Made by a program: the position numbers and the translations under genes | From: Euryarchaeota archaeon UBA550 | GTDB taxonomy: Archaea; Thermoplasmatota; Poseidoniia; Poseidoniales; Poseidoniaceae | DNA: 43,939 nt | NCBI GenBank assembly: GCA_002506705.1 | Contig: DAYA01000075.1 | Location: forward strand, 1-43,939 | Reading direction: 5' to 3' | In this document: positions 24,974 to 34,600 of the stretch, piece after piece | Position numbering within the stretch: position 1 is the stretch's first letter | How the letters are laid out: every line of letters starts with the position of its first letter | Notes under the pieces: generated by a model | Databases searched by the model: none | What the model was told of the DNA's origin: nothing | The model's input: the letters and a program-made list of their open reading frames with translations, nothing else

Positions 24974-25716
24974 TCACTGCACTTTAGTTCCCCACTAGCC
25001 ATGCCCTCAAGGTCAGCTTTGTCATCATCATCGAATTCATCAGGAATGCTTCCTGAAAAGATATTCCCGATGCTACTGCTTTCAATAGCCCAGTACATCA
25101 CAGAGTCATCATTACTTGAGTGACCTGGATGGTCGGGATCTTCGTGGTCTATTGGAGAAGTGTATACCAAGTTTACCAAACCAAGCAAGTGACCTGCCTC
25201 ATGAACAGTGACTGCTCTTTCTATTTCCTCTGCTGATGGACGTCCCAAGAAGTTTTCAGAATCTTCAATTGAATCCTTGAATACTGCCACTGTAGATGCA
25301 TCTACTGCAACTCCCAATACCGAATCATCATTGTATGTCCCCTTTGGGAATAGGAAATACCAGTTGAGAGTATCAGAGCCCATGGCATCATCGCCATGTT
25401 TCCATCTGGCATCGCGCACGTCGTTTGCGCTCCATGAGTTGTCTTCACTGAAATCAACCTCTCGAGCAACGATTTGAATTCCGCCTGGTTTGTCGCAAAC
25501 CTGGTTTAGTCTTGTTTTGAGCAGATCCATCGCCACTGGATCATATCCGTTTTCAAACAAAAAGTGGATTTTCATCCCCTCAAATCGATCATCTTGAAGG
25601 CAAGCCAATGCTAGTCCACCAGGGATTCCGCGCTTTTCTTCAAACAATTCTTCTGTTCCGAAACAACCTGCGAGGCTGCTTGAAATTAGTACAAAGATTA
25701 CAAAGACTACTCGCAT
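24958..25716 (-). CDS. Secreted lipobox zinc metalloprotease (metzincin-like)
   Basis: MRVVFVIFVLISSSLAGC has a canonical L-A-G-C lipobox. HEAGHLLGLVN (HExxHxxGxxN, 25189-25203 for HEAGH) is followed by a SVMYW Met-turn-like motif. GGTGAT SD lies 4 nt upstream and overlaps the stop of the preceding gene. Confidence 0.7.
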   Translation of the reverse strand: MRVVFVIFVLISSSLAGCFGTEELFEEKRGIPGGLALACLQDDRFEGMKIHFLFENGYDPVAMDLLKTRLNQVCDKPGGIQIVAREVDFSEDNSWSANDVRDARWKHGDDAMGSDTLNWYFLFPKGTYNDDSVLGVAVDASTVAVFKDSIEDSENFLGRPSAEEIERAVTVHEAGHLLGLVNLVYTSPIDHEDPDHPGHSSNDDSVMYWAIESSSIGNIFSGSIPDEFDDDDKADLEGMASGELKCSDQLWS

Positions 25717-25724
25717 TTAATCAC

Positions 25725-26147
25725 CTAAAAATCATCTGGAATTTCTGTTGGGCTAAACAATTGTCCTGGACCTGCTGCTTGGGATAATTGGTTCCTTGCA
25801 AGGTGTTCCCATGAGCGCATTACTCCCAATGCGTCACTTACCAACATTTGTTCTTCTTCCAAAGTTACCCTAATCAGCGTATCAAGAATATCCATTCTAT
25901 CTCTATCGACCAATGATAGAGCCTTCTCAAGATCAAAACTTGCACTACTCTCTACTGGTTCAGAGTCTAGTGGCCAAGGCTCTGACAAATTGCTAGGCAG
26001 TTCGTTGGTGTGCTCTTTTAGTTGTGATAACAAACGATTTGTCCACCTTGATATTACCAAACTCGTTTCCAAGATTGGCATGTTTAGTTGGTTGATCAAA
26101 TTCACCAACCTCTCTTGCAATGTGACCATTGAATCTGCGCCACTCAT
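25725..26147 (-). CDS. Hypothetical acidic cytoplasmic helical protein (140 aa)
   Basis: No signal peptide or TM segment. GAGGT SD lies 8 nt upstream, and only 17 nt separate it from the stop of the 1790 aa gene. No family recognised. Confidence 0.55.
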   Translation of the reverse strand: MSGADSMVTLQERLVNLINQLNMPILETSLVISRWTNRLLSQLKEHTNELPSNLSEPWPLDSEPVESSASFDLEKALSLVDRDRMDILDTLIRVTLEEEQMLVSDALGVMRSWEHLARNQLSQAAGPGQLFSPTEIPDDF

Positions 26148-26164
26148 CTGACTACCTCAAATGT

Positions 26165-29100
26165 TTACTTACTATTTTGTAGATATTGGTGACCATAATG
26201 GTTCCATTGTTCCATAGTCCATCCTTCTGGCAAGCCAGTTGGAGGCAATGGAGGTGTAGCGCTGCCAGCACCTTGTGACAGAGGCGGAGCATTCTGCACA
26301 GGAGCTACAGGGGCGGCTTGCTGGATTTCAGGAACCATCTTTGTATCCATGGTTTCAATAACCTCAGCGGTCTGGTCTGATTCATCTACTTCCTCGCCAC
26401 GGCGAATTCTGCGCATCTGTACCATTGTCCAAACAGCAAACGACATTGATACCAATGCAATCAGATACATGATAACTGATAGCTGTGAATCTGCAACCTG
26501 GTTCGCAAGTGCAGTTCCATCTCTTTCAACTTCTTCTTTTACAAGGAGTGGTGAGATTGAGATTCTTTCTTTCTCTACTCCTGAGTCTAGAAGTAGTATC
26601 CTGTGTTCTAGCGTGTCATCTACTGCTCCGTCAGCGGTAGCGTCCAGCCTAACTTGTGCCTTCTTCCCACTAGAAATTTCAATTGACGAAGAGGAGATTG
26701 TTGCCCAGTCATCACCCGAAACAAGTCTCTGTAGAACAAATGTTACAGCTCCTGATGCTCCAGTGTTTCTAGCTTCGATGGTTAGTGTTACTGCTTCATC
26801 TGGATTTGGAGTTGGGTTAGACCATTCCCATGTTGTATCCGCCGCTCTCAGACTAACTTCAGGACCTGTCAAGGCCAGTGGCCAAGATGCCAATGGGTCA
26901 GAGACAGTATTTCCATCACTGTCGTAAGGATTTCCTGACTCATCTGAACCTGTAACCCAAATGTCGATTGTGTAAGATGGAAGGAGCATGGTAGCACCTC
27001 CATCTGTCAAGTCAAGATATCCCGTCCAGAAGAATTGATCCTCGAATGGTGTAGTATCCGGTAATGGAGATGACCCTCTGCTGATTTCAGCCTCGCCTGC
27101 CCTAACAAGGTAATGCAATACTGCAGGATCTTCTAAAGAGAATCCTTGATCATCTCGTGTTTCGAGCATGACTTGCAAGTTGTTTGCTAGGGATATCGGA
27201 ATTTCCTGATTAGGTTCAATTCCGCCTAAGGTTACGGCGTGAATTGTTGGTCTCTCACTATCGACTGCCAATCGGAGTCTTGGTTTGAACTCGGATTCAT
27301 CTTCAGCGAGTCCGGGCAGGTCTGTCAGTTTAGCACGTAGGTCGAGGTGGCCACTCCTGACATCTGGCACAAGCATGTCAATACTGAAGTATCCACCCTC
27401 TCTGCTTGTAGTTGTCCATTCATTTTCAAAATCCCCAAGTGATATTGTGAAAGTGCCTGCTGGAGCAGGAGTCTCATCCTCTGAGAAAATTACTCTTCCA
27501 CTGAAGCGTAGAGCTTGCCCCGCACCGATTAGAGTTTCATCAAATTCAGGATTGTAATGGTTGGTTCCATCTCGCAATTCGATTGCAAGAATGTGACCTG
27601 GCTGAGTATCAAAGCGTAAGTCATTATCAAGGCTCCACAAATCATTACCCAGTCCGGCTTTGTGTATGTTACAAGGAAGTTCTATGTCAATTCCACAGGA
27701 CTTATCCTCAATCCAGACCTTTGGAATGAAGTGCTCATTACCGTTCGTGTCCCAAACCTCTGGGAAGTTCCAAGTAAGTTGGAATTTAATCGATACAATC
27801 ATTCTAGATTGGCTATCTGGGTCCAAAATAATCGAAGAGTATAGATTGGAAACTGCTAATCCCGTACCTCCACTCTCGAGATGCATCTGTGGCATTCCTT
27901 CCGAGCTTTGTGAAATGTAAGCAAAAATTGAGGTTTCATCATCATCGAAATCTCCGGCTAAAGCCAAATGCACGAATTCTACGTCCCACCATCCGTTGAT
28001 ATCTGAAATCATGAAGGTTGCAGTGTATGGAATTCCAGGATGTAATGGAGCCATATCATCGTGCCCTGTTATGGTTGAGTTATCTACATCCATAATCGGT
28101 TCAAACTCCTCGCGTATTGTGTACCATGATAGAGAGTTATCCCATTCGGGTTTGACTTCACCAGGTTTGTCCCCACAGAATCCTCCAGGTTCTATGTCAC
28201 AAACTGGGGAACCACCCATGGCAATGACGTTGTCTTGACCATCTTTACCCGTTACATAAAAGGAAACCTTGTCTCCATGTACAAGCATTGAATCATCGAT
28301 TAATCCGTTGAATACATTCAATCCGCCTGTTAAAATCTCAGGCGTAGTTAACGTCTTAGATCTGTATTCGATAGGTTCGGGTAGTCCATTGAAATTCGAG
28401 TCATCACACCTCTCGTGAACTCCGGCTTCGCATCCAATCCAATAGTGCAGGTCAACAGTTTGTGGTGGGTCTACAGAATCTTGGATTATGATTTCAATCG
28501 CTTGACCACCTGGCGAAGGAGGTCCTTTGTGCATCTCCGAGGAGATTTCTGGACTTGCAAATAGGACAAGTGGAGAATTACCGTCAAAAATCAACTTTAC
28601 TGTATTGTACCCTGGATTGACGTAGGTGGAACCGTTTTCGAGATCAACAACTTCCACGTAAAGTACCATGCCACCTGGTGTTGATTCGATTGGAGAGCTA
28701 AAGGTCATGTTATATTGGCCAAACCCAGGATTACCTTCAGTATGAAGTACAGTAGGTTCTCCGATAGGGTCACCATCATAGGTTACGTTTTGACCAATAA
28801 CTCTGAGTGTAAATTCACCTGCTCTTGGTGAGAATGCTGAGTTTTCAAAGTTGATTCCTCCAGTGATTGAGAGATTTAATCCCCCTCGAACCCAATCTCC
28901 AGAATACAATTCTCTTCCTGTTTCCTCCCAGACCCTCATACCATCTAGCTGGATATCGTTCTCAATGTTCAGAGCGAGCGTGTCTGTTGTCCAACTATTC
29001 ACTTGTGGACCTAGGTCATCGCTCAAGGAAACAATTGCTTCCATCTTCCTCTCATCATCCCATGTCCAATTAACTCTAAGTGGCATCTTAACCGATACTA

Positions 29101-31537
29101 TTCCCTCGCTGTCCATTGTTGAGGTACAATTTCCAATGTCGAACTCGACGATACCTCCGCCATCACTCTCAACCGAGCAGGTATCACCACGCAGCCATCT
29201 AAATGCTGGGTTATCACCGTATGAATTATTCAAACCAATTGTAGCCTCTGTGACACGATCAACCAAATCTCCGTGAGCTAATCTAACAACTAAATTTCTG
29301 TATACACCATCAGGAGCAATCAAGCCTCCTTCGAGGCTTGCGTCCATTACTCTAGTGTTGAGTCTGTATTTGATGTCAAGGTCTGTAAGTTTGACTCTGC
29401 CGGGGGTGTTTGCTTTGACTGCTATCGGTATTTCGACTGTGCCAACCCCATTCGCCGGAATGTGGTCGTTGAATGCATCTACAAGGCTTGGAGTTTCTGA
29501 TACTACTGTTCCAACCGGTGAATCATCAGATGCAACAACAGAACTCTCGTTTAGGAACAGTATTGACTTCCAATCCCAGTCACCATCATCTCCGACATCT
29601 AACTGCGGAGCATCAGGATAGCCTTCCTCATACCACAAGATGAAGGAGTCGACGGAAGGAGTGACTGTATTGTCAGTAGTTGCTAAAATGATAGAATAGA
29701 GTAGTTCATTACCAGCGCCTGAGGTTGAGAATGAAACTTCCTGATTGTTTGTTGCAGACTCCCACGTCGAACCATTATCGTTGGAAACCATTACGCTAAT
29801 GCTCGAACTTGAGGGTTCATCAGCAGTCCATACAGCTCTAACTTTTCCAACATTAGTGCCTGTTGACACCTTTTGGCTTGTCCAGTCTCCAGAAGTTTGG
29901 TATGAAGTAGCGTATTCAAGGGAAACCCACCAAGATACGGCAGATGAACCTATGAGTTGCATTTTCCAAACTAATTGATTTCCTGGGTGTGTGAAGTGAA
30001 TGGTTTGGTTTTTCTCAACTGGCTCCCAGTGAGTGCCGTTGTCCGCACTTACCCAGTAGTCAACTCTGTCTCCTTGCGATGGCGCAGACCAGTGGTTCAT
30101 GAAATTAACAGCAAGAACTTCGTCTTCAGTCTCGATTGTCTCTCCAATCCAGGTAGTGGTACCAGGAGCAGGTGTTGTAGGGTAAGATATGCCCATTCCA
30201 AATTCCCGGTAGTAGAGAGTTTTTGAACCCCATGTCGAATATCCGGTATCGACTGTGATGATTCTTTCACCGTTGTAGAAGAGACCTAGCCCCTTCGCAG
30301 AAATATCTTGGGTACCTGTTTGTGGCACTAATGAAGAAGAACTGCCTGAAATAGCCCAAGCGCTCAGTTGGTCTGTGTCTTGATAATAGCTGCCTTTCAT
30401 GCACCGCATGTAGAAGAAGCCAGAATGGACCACGAGACCGTGCACGTTGCTGGAGGTCTTGCCACACTCGGTGTTAGAGGATGAACTTGAAGAAAATGAA
30501 TACTGTTCCTCTCCCCGAGTAAATTGTCCATTATCTCCAAAGTCGTATGATACGATTCTCCTCTGTTGTCCATGAGCAACCCAAATTTTGTCACTTTCTC
30601 TGTCGTATGAGATCGCACTATATTCGCCATATTGCGGTGAAATATCGTAAGAGTCGACACAGCGCCAAATCCAATCATCTGAAACATCTATTGCCAAAAC
30701 TCTACTGTGTTGAGTTGGGTTTGAATTACCGTACATGTACTTGTATGTTGTAAAAATACCATACAGCATTTCTTCGTCATTGATTGTCCAATCTTTGAAA
30801 CCATATGATTTGTAATAGGTCGAACTTGGGTCCTGTGGTAAAGTGCAAGCTGCTTCCTGTTGCAAGTCAACAACGATATCCCTTGTAACGTTGTTGGGGT
30901 GCATCCTTGTTACTACCTTGTCGAATTGGGTGCCAGTAAATGTTGACATGAAAAGCCAATCATGGTTTTCAAGAATTGCACCTTGACCTTGAGCCATCAA
31001 GTTTGAACTGGTCATTTTGACTTGGTTGCTGAACCTAGATTCGGTAGAATTCGAGGTGTGAGGTTGGCGTACGGCAAAGCTACCATTGTCTAGCCAAGCA
31101 TCTGAACCTGGTAGAGTTTCTTCACTCACCCCATGGGATGAGAACTCAAAATCACCATCACCAAATCCAAGTGTTAAGTCTCCACTTCGTGCGTCACTTT
31201 GACTAGAAACACCATCCATCCATTCTTCGTATGTATCGGTTGAAACTTGGGACCAACCTGTTGACGAAGCACCAGATAGGGTGACCTGTACGTCTAGAAC
31301 TTCAGCCCCCTTCGGCATTGCGACTACAGTTGTCTTGTCTGCGCCACCTTGGTACAGTGCGATATTTTCAACACTCCCGTCAGAGAATGTGTAAATGTGA
31401 CGAGATGAACTGTTTGCTTCCGCTTCGGTGATGAACATCTCTGAAAACGGACTCATTGGTGTAAGCACGAGAATGAATACCATCATTGACAGCGCGGCAC
31501 GAGATGAAAATTTCTGCGACATTTCCCAACGACCCAT
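26165..31537 (-). CDS. Giant (1790 aa) surface protein with C-terminal TM anchor and proline-rich cytoplasmic tail
   Basis: Signal peptide: RAALSMMVFILVLTPMSPFSEMFITEAEA. Two tandem ~90 aa modules each carry an Asp-box (VSADNGTHW, VSNDNGSTW; 29627-30154). TM helix: VIMYLIALVSMSFAVWTMVQ. The 83 aa tail ends PPLPPTGLPEGWTMEQWNHYGHQYLQNSK. A TATA-like GGTTAATTC sits ~29 nt upstream of the ATG. Confidence 0.85.
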   Translation of the reverse strand: MGRWEMSQKFSSRAALSMMVFILVLTPMSPFSEMFITEAEANSSSRHIYTFSDGSVENIALYQGGADKTTVVAMPKGAEVLDVQVTLSGASSTGWSQVSTDTYEEWMDGVSSQSDARSGDLTLGFGDGDFEFSSHGVSEETLPGSDAWLDNGSFAVRQPHTSNSTESRFSNQVKMTSSNLMAQGQGAILENHDWLFMSTFTGTQFDKVVTRMHPNNVTRDIVVDLQQEAACTLPQDPSSTYYKSYGFKDWTINDEEMLYGIFTTYKYMYGNSNPTQHSRVLAIDVSDDWIWRCVDSYDISPQYGEYSAISYDRESDKIWVAHGQQRRIVSYDFGDNGQFTRGEEQYSFSSSSSSNTECGKTSSNVHGLVVHSGFFYMRCMKGSYYQDTDQLSAWAISGSSSSLVPQTGTQDISAKGLGLFYNGERIITVDTGYSTWGSKTLYYREFGMGISYPTTPAPGTTTWIGETIETEDEVLAVNFMNHWSAPSQGDRVDYWVSADNGTHWEPVEKNQTIHFTHPGNQLVWKMQLIGSSAVSWWVSLEYATSYQTSGDWTSQKVSTGTNVGKVRAVWTADEPSSSSISVMVSNDNGSTWESATNNQEVSFSTSGAGNELLYSIILATTDNTVTPSVDSFILWYEEGYPDAPQLDVGDDGDWDWKSILFLNESSVVASDDSPVGTVVSETPSLVDAFNDHIPANGVGTVEIPIAVKANTPGRVKLTDLDIKYRLNTRVMDASLEGGLIAPDGVYRNLVVRLAHGDLVDRVTEATIGLNNSYGDNPAFRWLRGDTCSVESDGGGIVEFDIGNCTSTMDSEGIVSVKMPLRVNWTWDDERKMEAIVSLSDDLGPQVNSWTTDTLALNIENDIQLDGMRVWEETGRELYSGDWVRGGLNLSITGGINFENSAFSPRAGEFTLRVIGQNVTYDGDPIGEPTVLHTEGNPGFGQYNMTFSSPIESTPGGMVLYVEVVDLENGSTYVNPGYNTVKLIFDGNSPLVLFASPEISSEMHKGPPSPGGQAIEIIIQDSVDPPQTVDLHYWIGCEAGVHERCDDSNFNGLPEPIEYRSKTLTTPEILTGGLNVFNGLIDDSMLVHGDKVSFYVTGKDGQDNVIAMGGSPVCDIEPGGFCGDKPGEVKPEWDNSLSWYTIREEFEPIMDVDNSTITGHDDMAPLHPGIPYTATFMISDINGWWDVEFVHLALAGDFDDDETSIFAYISQSSEGMPQMHLESGGTGLAVSNLYSSIILDPDSQSRMIVSIKFQLTWNFPEVWDTNGNEHFIPKVWIEDKSCGIDIELPCNIHKAGLGNDLWSLDNDLRFDTQPGHILAIELRDGTNHYNPEFDETLIGAGQALRFSGRVIFSEDETPAPAGTFTISLGDFENEWTTTSREGGYFSIDMLVPDVRSGHLDLRAKLTDLPGLAEDESEFKPRLRLAVDSERPTIHAVTLGGIEPNQEIPISLANNLQVMLETRDDQGFSLEDPAVLHYLVRAGEAEISRGSSPLPDTTPFEDQFFWTGYLDLTDGGATMLLPSYTIDIWVTGSDESGNPYDSDGNTVSDPLASWPLALTGPEVSLRAADTTWEWSNPTPNPDEAVTLTIEARNTGASGAVTFVLQRLVSGDDWATISSSSIEISSGKKAQVRLDATADGAVDDTLEHRILLLDSGVEKERISISPLLVKEEVERDGTALANQVADSQLSVIMYLIALVSMSFAVWTMVQMRRIRRGEEVDESDQTAEVIETMDTKMVPEIQQAAPVAPVQNAPPLSQGAGSATPPLPPTGLPEGWTMEQWNHYGHQYLQNSK

Positions 31538-31592
31538 GTTTCGGTGTTATCCATAGGACTTGAATTAACCGGCGACAGGTCACAATCAGAAA

Positions 31593-31610
31593 TCCCCCCT
31601 TTAGGGGGGA
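31593..31610 (-). terminator. GC-run hairpin (TCCCCCC-TAAA-GGGGGGA) between the two giant genes
   Basis: Perfect 7 bp stem, 10 nt downstream of the 1895 aa gene stop (31620-31622). TTT follows on the transcribed strand. It lies upstream of the TATA-like element of the next gene. Confidence 0.45.
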
Positions 31611-31619
31611 ATTCTGTAC

Positions 31620-34600
31620 TCATGATGTGTTTCGACTATCGTATCGTATTGGTGAAGAATCACCACGCATTCCATCTTCTTCGTCGTCCTTTACTTCGAA
31701 CCAATCTACTAGCCAATCTCCATCGGTGTCCCAATTAAGAGGATCACTACCTTCTGCGATGTGGTCATCATCAAGGTCCAACAAGTACCAACCAAACTCG
31801 TGCTCGCCAAGGTCAACCGCAGGAGCGCGGTTTGTGCTTCCAGTGTAATACAAATCCCAGTTATCTGTGACATCTCCTGAACACAACAAAACATCATTTC
31901 CAGTGTCTAAGACAAGGAAATCTGTATCCATGTCATCGATTATTAATGCATAACTTAGGTCATCGATATTTTTCTTGTTCATACCGAGATAATTTGTCTG
32001 ATCTTCTGTGGATTCACCCAAACCTAGTGTGAAAGCTCTGAAATGCCACCACTCTGTAATTGGCGAGCCATTCCATGTTTCTCCAGACAGCCTTACAGAG
32101 TCTGGAGAGTCTAAATTTGGATTTGCAACCGCAAAGAATTCCATGAAATTGGTGTAAGCAGTGTATTCACAAGAAGCACCAGAGCAGTCCCAATTTCCAT
32201 CTTGGTCTGGGTCCTCATTAGCATCTAGAGGGTCCCTTGGGTCAAAGGTTGCCCAAGTCCAACCCAACTCTGGACGGGATAGTGTTCCAGCATCCTGTGA
32301 CAAAGGTCTGCAGGAAACTGTTGAAGAGGTACAAGCCCCACCTGTACCAGGGTCTATCCACTGAACTTCAACCTTCAATCTAGATGAGAAATTGTCGTTT
32401 GATTCATTCCAGCCTTTTTCGTACTCATACCAATCTGGCAGCATATCGCCATCAGTGTCGTTATCCATTGGATTCGTTCCATACTTGAAGACCTCTCTGC
32501 CATCTGAAAGATTCCAATCACGGTCATGGGAAACTACCTGGCCTGAACTGAGTAAAGTGTTGAATGTGACCGCATCATTATCCGAATCATTTGTGTCAGG
32601 TCTAGTACCGTTTAGATACTCCATTAAGTTGGTAAACGGTAAGTCTCCTATTCCACTTTGTATTACTTCTCCAGATGGCGTAAATTCTCTATTTTCCCAG
32701 TTACCTTGAGGAGCTGGAATATCGAATGAAGTTCGTCCATACCAGCCGTCACTGTCAGGGTCGTAGTTTACGTCAAATGGATTAACTGGATTTGTTGACC
32801 AATGATTTTGTGTGGTGGGGTCCGGCAAACCGTAAACGGCGTAACAGAACTCCCAACCGTCATCGATACCATCCTGGTCTGAGTCAGAATTAGTTGGGTC
32901 CGAAATACCAAACAAGGTTCTGTTAAAGGTGTTTGAATCTGCCGAATTAATCTTCATCATTCTTGCAGCAGAAATTGAGTCTTTACCAACAAAAGTGTTG
33001 AAGATTGCTCGTCTTGCTTCCGCCTCTGTGTAACCCTCCTCAACATAAGCATCGATAGTATCATCACCAAATCCAATCAACCCGGATCCGGTTGTAAGTC
33101 GCTGAGAGAACTTACCGTAAACTCGAGATTCATATTCGCGCTTATTTGTAAACTGTTCCTCGAGAGAAATGTTACCATCTCTATCGCAATCTACCGAATC
33201 CATATCACTATCCAACCACTGGTCTGAATCAATCAATGGGTTCATCGACCAGCGATTGTTTTCCAAGTCCCAACTTGTGAACCAATATTCGTAACCATCA
33301 ATCATTCCGTCGTCATCTGTGTCAGCGATTGTTGGATCGGTTATTCCCATCAGAGTTGAGATGAAATTATTGGCAATACCTGTCGATTGCCACTCGGTAA
33401 ACTGATCCAAATGCCTCTTTCCACGCTGCCCTTTATCGAGGATAATTGTATACACCCTTTGTGCCTTTTGTGTCGGATCATTTAAATCGCCATCAATGTG
33501 CAATAACGGCGCATCAATTGGGTGACTTTCTCCATTTTCAGGATTGGTTGTAACAAGAGAAAACTCTTGAGCATCTGTGAGAGCATCGTCATCTGCGTCG
33601 AATGAACCATCGCCTGGAACTAGAGGATTTAGAGTCCAAGTCTGTGCTGTATCATTCCATGCTGTGAACATTAGCTCCAATCCATCAAGGAATCCATCGC
33701 CATCAGTGTCTGGGTTTGTTGGATCAGTGGTCCAGCCAGAGACATTGATTATGTCCTGTCCAACAAATGATCCAAATGATTCAGTGTTTGTTATTCCTGC
33801 CCATTGTTGAATTGTATATCCAGCTCCGATTGTAGTTACATACCACTGAGGACTCGTTCGATTAGCATTAGTTTCGGAAAGTTCTGGAGAGATGCTGTTG
33901 TACTCTTCCCAATTACTCATTCCGTCATCATCTGAATCATCCCAGCGGTCTTCTGAATTAAGTGGGTCTAAGCTCCATTTAGAGTCTAATAATTCCCATC
34001 TAGCGTACCAAATTTCCCAACCATCCGGCATTCCATCAGAATCACTGTCTGCATCTGTAGGGTCGCCTGTAAGAATGCCATCTCCAAAGTTATCCTCTGG
34101 CGCGCCCCAATCGGAGATATTCCTAAACAAGTCTGTAGAGAAATTGTTTGGAAGTTCTTCGCCGTCTAGTGTCATATTTCCATCAAACAAATCATCACGA
34201 ATATTGTATTCTAACCAATTAACAAATGCCTCGTTTTCTTCAATAACACCATTGTGATTGATATCATAGCCATCCCCGTCAGGGTTTTCAAATGCATCAC
34301 TTCCGTTGAGTGGGTTTATTCCGACTCGAGAAACATCCCAGGTACAAGCACCTCGTGCCTCCCAACCATCTGGCAAGCCATCGCCGTCTGAATCTCTATT
34401 GTTGGGATCTGGCTCTACCCAGAGACCAACAGCAGATTCTGTTTCAAAGTGACTCTCGAGTAGGTCTCCAATCAGTCCTGCATCCTTGACTAGCGACCAC
34501 TGGTATTCACAAAGATTCGTCAAACCATCACCGTCTGCGTCCCATTCTGCATCGTTAGGGTCGCTTGGATCCATGGTCCAATTATTTGAGCCTGTGAATG

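Noticed and set aside
26349-29621. Several 80-190 aa ORFs on the plus strand inside the 1790 aa gene (for example 26349-26927, 28851-29276, 29355-29621)
   Set aside because: They are antisense shadow ORFs within a long, well-supported gene. Their translations are S/P/T-rich low-complexity sequence with no motifs, and they have no plausible start context.
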